Source: Eledone cirrhosa (Eukaryota). Taken from it: a DNA stretch of 64,000 bases. The stretch is taken from positions 107,074,001 to 107,138,000 of the forward strand of contig OZ024743.1 in the NCBI GenBank assembly GCA_964016885.1, given 5' to 3'. The notes under the pieces were generated by a model. The model worked only from the letters and a program-made list of their open reading frames with translations, ran no database searches and was not told the origin of the DNA. The position numbers and the translations under genes were made by a program. Below are positions 55,030 to 64,000 of the stretch, in pieces (within the stretch, counting starts at the first letter, position 1; every line of letters begins with the position of its first letter).

Positions 55030-57425
55030 CGGGATGTGGCATCTCAGAGTTGCCACACTTAATGTTGGCACTCTAACATGTAGATATGGTGAGAATGCAG
55101 AGATGCTGGAGAGAAAGCATGTGGATGTGTGCTGTGTGCAAGAGGTGCGATGGAGAAGGTGCCTCTGTAAGACTAATCGCAGGGAAACATCGTAGTTTTA
55201 AGCTTTTCTGGGTGGGTAATGATGATGAGTTAGGCGGGGTGGGCATATTACTGGCTGAGAGATGGATCAATAAGACGATAGAGGTAGTTAGAGTTAGTAA
55301 TAGAATAATTAAGCTTAGGTTAGTTGTAGGCAAGAGACAACTGACAATCACCTCTGCCTATGCTCCCCAGGCAGGCCTAGGTAAAGAAGAGAAATACGGC
55401 TTTTACGAGAAACTTTTACAGACAGCCTCATTGACAGAGAACAGAGACATCGTTATGCTAGCAGGGGACTTCAATGGACATGTTGGGCAGCTCCAGGATG
55501 GATACACTGGGGTACATGGTGGGCACGGTTACGGCTCAAGAAATAAAGAAGGAGTGAGGTTTCTTGAATTTTGTTATGCAAATGCATTAACCATTTGCAG
55601 CACTAACTTCCAGACGCCTACCAACCATCTAATATCCTACAAATCAGGTGAGCACATAAGCCAGATTGACTTCCTGCTAGTTAGACAGCGAGACAGACGG
55701 GTGGTGTTAAATAATAAGGCTTACCCTGGGGAAGAATGGTAAGTCTTTAGAGACATCTCAGTAAGCAAGAGAAAGAATGAGACATACAGGAAGGTGTTGA
55801 AAAGAAAGGTCTGGAAGCTAAAAGACCTTTCATTAAAATATAAATTTAGCAAAGCCCTTCAAGATGCGTACGACGAAAAAGAAGACAATTTAGAGTTGTA
55901 TGACATAGATGATAACTGGAATTTCTTGCGTGACAACTTACTGCAGGCTACTGAAGAAACTTGTGGTTGGGGCAGAGCTTCCACCAGTCAGAGAGTGATC
56001 TGGTGGTGGAACAGCACGGTAGATAGGGCCATTAGAGACAAAAGACTGACATGGAAAGCTTGGAAAAATGGTGGGAGTAGAGACGAATACACAGCCGCTA
56101 AGAGAGAAACTAGACGTCAGGTGTACTTAACACGCAGGGAGGCTGAGAGTTGGAGGTTTGCCAATGTTCTGCGACGGGAAGATCAGAGACGGGCGGTGCT
56201 CCACATTGCAAAGCAGTGTGTCAGTGCAAATCAGGATGTTGTTGGAGAAAAGTGTGTCCGGAATGATGCCGGTGTACTTAATGTCACGAATGATCAAAAG
56301 CAGGAGGCCTGGAAATGTCATTATGGGAGACAGATGAATGTAGAGAACCAATGGAACAGAGGAATGACCCTCAGTAGACCTGACAGAGGGACCAGCTATT
56401 GAGATTGATGAATATAGGGTACAAGAGGCAATTAAGGAAATGAAGAATGGTAAAGCTGCTGGGCCGTCGGGGATAATTGCTGAGATGCTGAAGGCGCCAG
56501 GAGAAGTAGGCACTAAACTAGTTGCACGCATCATTAATCAAGCTATATAGGGTGGTGTCTTACCCAATTACCGGTGCAGCAGTATTCTCATAAATTGTTA
56601 CAAAGGTAAAGGGGATGCTCTACAGAGCAGCCATTATAGGGGCATAAATCCGATGGATAAGGTTATGAAAGTGGCAGAGAGAATATTAGCGCAACTGATT
56701 AGAGAAAGGGTCAATTTAGATGAAATGCAGTTTGGTTTTGTGCCTCGGAAAAGTACAACAGATGCCCTCTTCATAGTGAGGCAACTACAAGAGAGGTTCT
56801 TAGAGAAGAATAAGCCACTATACTTAGATTTTGTTGATCTAGAGAAAGCCTTAGATATGGTACCCCGATCTGTCATCTGGTGGTCCCTAAGGAAACTAGG
56901 GGGAGAGGAATGGCTTGTGACGACAGTGCAAGCTAGGTACAGGGGTGCTGTCTGTAAAGTGAGAATAGGAATAGAGTTTAGTGTGTAATTCCAGATACAA
57001 GTAGGTGTACATCAAGGTTCTGTCCTCAGCCCACTCTTGTTCATTATAGTCTTCCAAGCCATAACGGAGGAGTTTAAGACTGGATGCCTATGGGAACGTC
57101 TTTATGCTCATGATCTGGTTCTTATAGCAGAATCAGTAAAGGAGCTAGAGAATATATTCTGGCTATGGAAACAGCAGTTGGAATCCAGAGGCCTGAGAGT
57201 GAACACAGCTAAAACAATGGCATTGATAAGTAGAAGAGAGGACAATACTCTGATTCCATCAGGGAAATGGCCATGTTCGATATGTAGGAAAGGAACTGGC
57301 ATAAATTCCATAAAATGTACGCAATGCAGATTTTGGGTACACAGGAGATGTAGTGGGATAGTAGGCAAACTAACAGGTAGGGAAAACCACGTATTCAGTA
57401 GATGTACAGGGAAAGTTGGCATTAG
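55030..57425 (+). pseudogene. RTE-clade LINE ORF (APE plus RT with an internal Cys/His finger), truncated and inactivated
   Basis: ATLNVGTL, VQEVRW, SAYAPQ, GDFNGHVG, SQIDFLL, GKAAGPSG, QFGF, FVDLEKALD, GVHQGSVLSPLLF. YADD has become YAHD, followed by WPCSIC..CTQC..VHRRC. Confidence 0.93.
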
Positions 57426-57448
57426 TAATCGATGTGATATATATATAT

Positions 57449-57809
57449 ATTAGAAATTAGTATTTGGTTCTCGAAAATAGCGATGTATGTATAAATGTAC
57501 CTATAGTATATTCGATAGTATACTGTATGTCTATTTTAAAATATTTTGAAGACGATTTGTTATGAATTTTAAAGTAGTGACTACGTCACATATTTACCCT
57601 CGGCAAAGACAAAGGGGAGAATCGGTACTACCATCGATTACTCCGTTTGGCATTTCAGAGACTAAGTACGTGACGTAGTCACTACTTGAAAATTCATAGC
57701 GAATGGTCTTCAAAATACTTATAAATCAACATACAGTATATTATCAAATATACTATATGGACATTCATATATACTTCGCTATTTTAGAGCACCAATACTA
57801 ATTTCTAAT
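57449..57809. mobile_element. ~360-bp foldback/MITE with ~170-bp imperfect inverted arms
   Basis: attagaaattagtatttggttctcgaaaatagcga...gtagtgactacgtcac pairs with gtgacgtagtcactac...tcgctattttagagcaccaatactaatttctaat. Extra arms occur at 58035-58175 and 20430-20563. Confidence 0.85.
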
Positions 57810-58185
57810 TTTTGCTGGACCGGAAATTGCTCTGTATGTGTGTGAGTGAGAATGAGAGAGAGTGTGTGTATGTTAGACAAAACAGAAGGTGGGAGGTGTG
57901 GAAGGAGAGGAGAGAGTATTGATTAAAACGAAACAGCAGAAATACTCTGCGATTTTACCACGACGCAATTAAGATTGAATCCAGCTTCTATAATTGTCGG
58001 CAGAAGCGAAGGTATATGTAGTCGGGACAACCACCGTCGATTACTTCCCTTTGCTTTTGCTGCGACTAAGTACGTGACGTTAGTCACTACTTTAAAATCC
58101 ATTGCGAAGGGTCTTCAAAATGGTTTTAAATAAATATACCGTATATTGTCAAATGTACTATACGTACATTCATATATATATATAG

Positions 58186-58608
58186 TAATAATAATAAATT
58201 TGAAGACTAAAATCCAAAGAGGGCTCGATAATCTTTGCTTGCAATTGTTCTCCACGCTCCACATATGACGTATTATCTTCGCTTTTTCCGTTCATCGCCA
58301 AAGAACGTCTCTAAGAACCACCTAAGAGAACATTAGTCTACGACTTCTTTTATAGCATAAACGTGGTTCTGTCTTTGCGCGTAATTGTTTTTCTCCGCTC
58401 CTATTAATAACGTATTATATTCGTTTTTTACCGTTCTTTGCCAGGGAACGTTTCCACGAACGAAAGTATCGTCTTCCTGTCTTCCTCCGGTTGCAACGTT
58501 TTTTTAAATATCCACTTCTGAGTTTACAGATTGACCTTGTTAGTTTCAGAAGATCTCGTTAAGGGTGGAAGCAGCGATTCTTTGCTTAAACTTTAATCTG
58601 TTATTTTA

Positions 58609-58615
<7 letters not shown>
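58186..58615 (+). mobile_element. Apparently complete ~430-bp non-coding element between (TA)n tracts, 3' hammerhead at 58526-58601
   Basis: Both ends recur at 31991-32203 and the body recurs at 44330-44785. Stem I extends as ACAGAUUGA/UUAAUCUGU. This copy has GAAA changed to GGAA. Confidence 0.8.
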
Positions 58616-58655
<40 letters not shown>

Positions 58656-59649
58656 TGTGTGTGTGTGTGTGTGTGTATAGGATATGAAGCATTCATCTAG
58701 GCGTAATCAAGAGGCTGGCAAACCTAGTATGTCGTTGATTTGTCAACCCATTGACCTTTGCTCTGGAGATAAATAGTAACAACACACAGTGTAACAATTT
58801 CTAAACACACACGCTCATTTGCGTATATTCACACTACATTAAATATACACACAACAGTAAACATACACATTCACTTCCTCCAATGCTTACATATAGTTCA
58901 GCACAGGCTTATCCACACTACACACGCATCAGCATACTAGTCGGCGCCCACAAGTTTACAAACATTCACATTGCATATCATAAAAAACTGGCGCTCAAAA
59001 TTGTTTTGAAAAAACAGCGTTTACATTGAATTTTGTGAAATACTTATCCCAAATAAACACATCGTTAGGAATATTGTGTATATAGACAGTTGTACGATGA
59101 TTCATGTTGATGACTCTAAATTCTGTTATTTGTCTGTACAATCTCATGTGTGTAAGCTCATTTAGTCTATTATTATTTCATTCTTTTACTGATTTGACTC
59201 ATTCGATAGCCACCATGTTGAACATCGCCTTGAAGTGATTATCCTGCTCAATTCCTGAAACACAAATTTTAGAGACGTAGGGAGAATCAACATGAAAGAA
59301 AACCGGTCTGTAATCATTTGTGTATTCGGGGAAACAAATACAAAGACACGCGAACATTCTCCCTCGTACACAGTGTCACACACACAAACACATGCATTTG
59401 TATGTATATTTATCTATCTTGCTATCATGCTTTCTATCTATCAACCATATTTGTTACATACTATATCGATAAACTGGGTCATTGAAGATAGGTCTTCATT
59501 TACGTCCTATAAGAAAGTGTTTTTCTAGGAGTGCCAAGAAATTCCTATGTACATTTTTTGTAACACTGAGTGAGAAAGGTTGGCTGAACCAAATTATTGT
59601 TTATATCTATTTCTCTTTCTATTGGTAAAATTTATTAGGAGGGGGAGTA

Positions 59650-60190
59650 ACTAATGTTATCGGAGAAACCGCTCTCGGCTCACGCCAACGGAGTTATCTT
59701 CAATAGACAGGCTGACACTCGGATATTCCTGGGTTAAAAATATGAGAGCCCGCATCATCACCAATCAAAAGAGCTCTGTTCCAAACGGATGACGTTGCAG
59801 AAGGCCAGAAACATGCCCTCTACAACAACATATTCGCAGACATCTATGAGGCTGAAGTTACATCCACTTTAACAGATCAACAGCAGGAGGTCAAACCATA
59901 TGTAGGTATGTCGGAGGATTAAAGAACGCTTCCTTAACCATCAGACGATATTTAGACACTCTGATAAGCAATCGCCCACGAAGCTGCCAAGCCGGATATG
60001 GACGCTCAAAGAAGCAGACGTGAATTACGCTATCAATTAGAAATTTCTGGTCAAATCCAAGCCGTGCGGAAATGGAGAAATGTCTTTTAAGCTAAATATT
60101 GATGAAAAAGTGAATATCTTGTAGATGTTTCGTAATTGCAATTGCCTTAACAAAAGAGTCGATTTTTAAAAAATCATTGCCAGCATGGTG
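59650..60190 (+). pseudogene. Penelope-like GIY-YIG remnant
   Basis: CRRPETCPL..IYEAEVT..KPYVGMSE..KERFLNH..IWTLKE..CLNKR, with stops. Confidence 0.85.
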
Positions 60191-60495
60191 TGAAGTATCT
60201 GTCAGATAAAGACCAGGATAAACATACATCTTAACTGGAATGAACTAATTCAAACGAGAATGGTCTGCCCCTTATCAGCAAAATATCGGCGTCCAGTGTG
60301 CAGAATCCACTCAGCTACATTACCATTCCGTTGACACCGCAAACATACATAGTTTGAAAATACACTCGGTGAAACAAGCGTACTCGTATATGGTTTGCTA
60401 ATTTGGGGAACTAACTCTCTATCGAAATCGTCCTCTAGACCGATTGCGCTACTTACAATGTATATAACCTCCCGGTTATATATATGTATATAATG

Positions 60496-60576
<81 letters not shown>

Positions 60577-60898
60577 GCATTAACTCTAAAACATCTTTGT
60601 AAATGAATTACGTGAATTTGTATATCTGGCGATATACGGTATGTTTATGAATAAACACTTTGAAAGCCTTCTGCTATGAATTTCAAAACAGATAGGCATA
60701 ACCCCGTCCAGGTTTTTCCAGCAGAAGCTAACGAGGCGTATCTAGCGATGATGCCGTCATTATTTCTCACTCTGGTCGATATCAATCTAATTCTCCCTGA
60801 CCCGCTCGCAACTTGAACTTATAACCGAAAACATATGGTCTAGAAGCCTGTGTACATGGGCTGATCACGCGTTTCATATATATATATATATATGTATA

Positions 60899-60958
60899 AC
60901 AGATTAAAGTTTAAGCAAAGAATCGCTGCTTTCACCCTTAACGGGATCTTCTGAAACT
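60899..60958 (-). ncRNA. Solo hammerhead module of the CAGAAGA family, consensus-intact
   Basis: 60908-60958 is identical to 32014-32064 and lies next to (TA)n. Confidence 0.7.
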
Positions 60959-61221
60959 CGATATATTATTAAAATTCATCTTATCTAATGTTGAGTATTA
61001 CAATTAAAAATAATTAATAAGAATTAAATCTAAAAATTAAAGATTTAAAATTGAGAGGTAAGTTTTTTTCGTCTTTCTTGCTGAGAAGGAGACTTGAAAA
61101 TGAACTCTTGTGTATATAGAGAAAGAGGTGTAGTCATAAAGTCGCGGAAAAAGTAGTGATAGGTGTGTTTATTCACAGAACAAAATTGTTTTGGGGGGAC
61201 AAAGGAAATATTTTGTAAATA

Positions 61222-61355
61222 TGTATCTGGACACTGGACGAATGCGTGGTGAACGGTTTCCTCACTCTGCGCACATCTCAGGCAAGTCCGTCTGACAACA
61301 CCTCTGTGCCTGTAGAGTGTATCCCGAATTGCAGTGCCCTCCGGTAGCAGTGCCA
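61222..61355 (-). pseudogene. Tx1 ORF2 zinc-finger fragment
   Basis: AIRDTLYRH..RTCLRCAQSEETVHHAFVQCP, homologous to the C-termini of elements A and B. Confidence 0.8.
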
Positions 61356-61499
61356 ACAATGTACTAGTAGGTTTGTATCAGTAATGCTTTCTCTTTGTAC
61401 TGTGCTTGTAACTTTGTTGTTGTGGGTATGGTGTGGCGTGCGGTGGCCGGAGGCGGGGGATTGCTCGACCGGAAGGGCCAGCAGAGGGGCTCTCTAGTG

Positions 61500-61601
61500 G
61501 TGCCTAGCAACGGTGTGAACGCCAGTTTGTGCAGTGCCTAGCAACGGTGTGAACGCGAGTTTGTGCAGTGCCTAGCAACGGTGTGAACGCCAGTTCGTGC
61601 A
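61500..61601. repeat. Three tandem 34-bp repeats in a GC-rich patch
   Basis: (gtgcctagcaacggtgtgaacgccagtttgtgca) x3. Confidence 0.9.
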
Positions 61602-61789
61602 GCTCCCGGTGTTAAGCAGTTGGACGCAGGCTGACGAGGAGTAACCTGCATGGAGTTAGCGGCGCCTATGAAAAGCGGTAAGTGAGATAGCTTTTTCTAA
61701 CCACAGTTGTGAAACTTCATTTTCCCTCCCGTTTCTTTCGATTACCAGCCCTCAAGCTAATTACTACATGTTCACCTGAGATTTACAGT

Positions 61790-62200
61790 TTTGTCTTCAT
61801 CTTGGTTATGATTGTTTGTTCTTCATCACTGGTTTCCTTTCAAATGCCATTGTGCAAATTATCTGCTACGATATTCTCTTTTTCATGAAGACCTTCCATA
61901 ATCTCTATCATTTCTTTGTTGCCCTCAGTTTTTTCAATCATTCTTTTCATCTCATCTATTTCTACATGTGGCAACCAGCGTCGTTCTTATATGGATATTG
62001 TCAAGCTAGTTAGCTATGCTTCAGGCGAAAGGTACTCATTACATTCCAGATAGCGGCCATTGTCTTTCTGTATATCCATACTCCTGGCCTACATTGCAAA
62101 TAGCATACCATTACCATATTGTTGTCTCATTTGTCCATTCAACAATTTTTCCGTTAACAGTCTCCTGAAGACAAGCGAGCCCATCCTGCTGATCAATGGA
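61790..62200 (-). pseudogene. R4/Dong-type non-LTR retrotransposon N-terminal remnant
   Basis: With frameshifts it reads EWTNE.NNMVMVCYLQCRPG.GY...MAAIW...RRWLPHVEIDEMKR, which resembles the N-terminal domain of R4/Dong ORFs. Confidence 0.55.
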
Positions 62201-63139
62201 ACGCGTGCCACACGACTTTCACCTTATGTTCCACTCCCAATTACGCCATTTTATATTTTTAATGTATTTGACATATTCACTCTTTTGAGGTGTTATGTTT
62301 TAATGGTTTCTCTTCGCAGTATTTTCATTGACATCATCACTACATAGGTTGTCCTCCGTGATTTAAAGAGCCTCTATCTACTCTCATATAGAGGTTCTCG
62401 AAATGGTATTTATCATGTTCCGTTTGGTTTCTCATCAGAGTTTCCGTCTCTTATAAGAATGCCGTAACACCAGTTGATTCCAACTATTACCGAGTACATA
62501 TAGGTTTTCATAATTATGACTAAAGAGTCCCCATCTGCTCTAGTTTTGACATCATAGTGATCCATTTCCTAGACAGACTGCCACACAAGGCTGACTAATT
62601 CTGTCAATACATATAACATATATTGCACACATACTTACAAACCTGTACACAAAAAAACATAAACACAAGCATATACATTTATTTATATACTTTAACACAA
62701 AATTATTATATACATGTACATATACACATAAATGCACACATACATATAAACACATATGTACATATACATCAACATACAAATATACATATATATACATCGG
62801 TACATACACCTATACATGTATTTACCATCTCACTCTACTTTTTATAGTTACAGCGGCGAACTTTATACAGTATGTATGTAGTAGCAGTTTAGAACGATTC
62901 GTCTTGTATTGCAACATGTTTTGCTCCTGAACAACGGTATGTCCAGTGTTGAAATAACATTTGTTTAGTTTACTTCACTGTCCTTTCAAAACGCTAGTGT
63001 ATAACGCTACAATCCATTCTCGAAATAACGTTTCTTTAAAATGTTTGCATCACTTTGAAATAAATCTTTCTTTAAATTGTTCTCAACAACGGTTCATACA
63101 ATAGTGAAATAACTTTTGCTTATGCTACTTCATTGATTG

Positions 63140-64000
63140 GAAATAAAGAAAAGGACTAACATGCAGCTATGAAGGAAGAGAAGGTTCCATGACAATGGTA
63201 CACAATTGAGGAAGGGTCTAAGCAAATCTAGGAATAGGAGTTTACAGAACATATGGAAAAAAGAAACACTGTAAAGACAATATCATTGGGAGAATAAGGG
63301 AAATAATATAGTGGTGGAGGGGATGTACAACGAATAAAAGTAAATACTGAAATACTAAAGAAATACGAAGAAAGTAATAAAACATTTATGTGCAATAAAC
63401 ACTTCCAAAATCAACCCCAAAAAGTTGTTTGAAAAGCTGGAAGGAATCAAAAGGAACAATGATATAAGGTCAGATGCAAGAGAAAGCATTGCTTTTTGGA
63501 ATATCATTTGAAGCAAATCTGTTCAATACGATACTAAAAAAAGCTTGGATATAGAAGGTTGAGAAACAGGCAAGCGGTGTACAGAAGCAAGAAAATATCA
63601 ATAGTGAAAGCTCAGTGAAAAACATGGTAAAATGGAAAGCAAATGGCCCAGATCATATAAATGGAAATTGGTTTAAAAAAATGCAGCAACTAATAGGAAG
63701 TAATTACTAAACAGTTATATGAAGTCTTGAGTTCTGGAGAAACACCAAAATGGAGCACTAAATGACACACATGGTGGGTACTGAAGGGTGAGAGTAAAAA
63801 GTAACGAAGTTTCAATTTTCAGACCAAATACATGCCTTCCATTTGTGTGAAAGCTTCTAGCAGGAACATTTACGCAGGAACTGTATACACACAAGAAGAG
63901 GAAAAAGCTTCTAATCGATGAGCAGAAGATATGTAGGCGTAATAGCAGAGGAATGAAAGATCAGATGATGATTGATAAATTGGCTATGAAGTACTGAAAA
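63140..64000 (+). pseudogene. R4/Dong-type reverse transcriptase remnant running off the window end
   Basis: WKANGPDHINGNWFKK, ETPKW, FRPNTCLP.V*KLL, EQKICRRNSRGMKDQMMID. Confidence 0.85.

Noticed and set aside
61500-61601. 34-bp repeats as a CRISPR array
   Set aside because: No spacers, no cas genes, and a eukaryotic context.
62410-62450. Minus-strand CUGAUGAGAAAC
   Set aside because: There is no room for stem II. It more likely belongs to a LINE leader motif.

Overview
This is eukaryotic, AT-rich DNA with many microsatellites ((TA)n, (GATA)n, (GT)n, (CT)n) and no recognisable host gene. The repeat content suggests a cephalopod such as octopus, but that is inference. Almost all coding-like sequence is decayed transposon. 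It includes a same-strand cluster of Tx1-type LINEs bounded by (GATA)n, a near-complete Helitron Rep-helicase, RTE, CRE and R4/Dong non-LTR fragments, three Penelope-like (GIY-YIG) fragments, many tRNA-derived SINEs, and MITE-like foldbacks. The main hidden signal, found by folding the sequence by hand, is about a dozen type I hammerhead ribozyme motifs from at least five unrelated small (TA)n-associated repeat families. These include a 533-bp tandem unit with a core-intact hammerhead in each copy (retrozyme/circRNA-like), a canonical GUC hammerhead at 1205-1254, and a multi-copy family with a CAGAAGA (U4A) core variant. All structures are hand-derived and untested. The YIYI-type ORFs are microsatellite artefacts.
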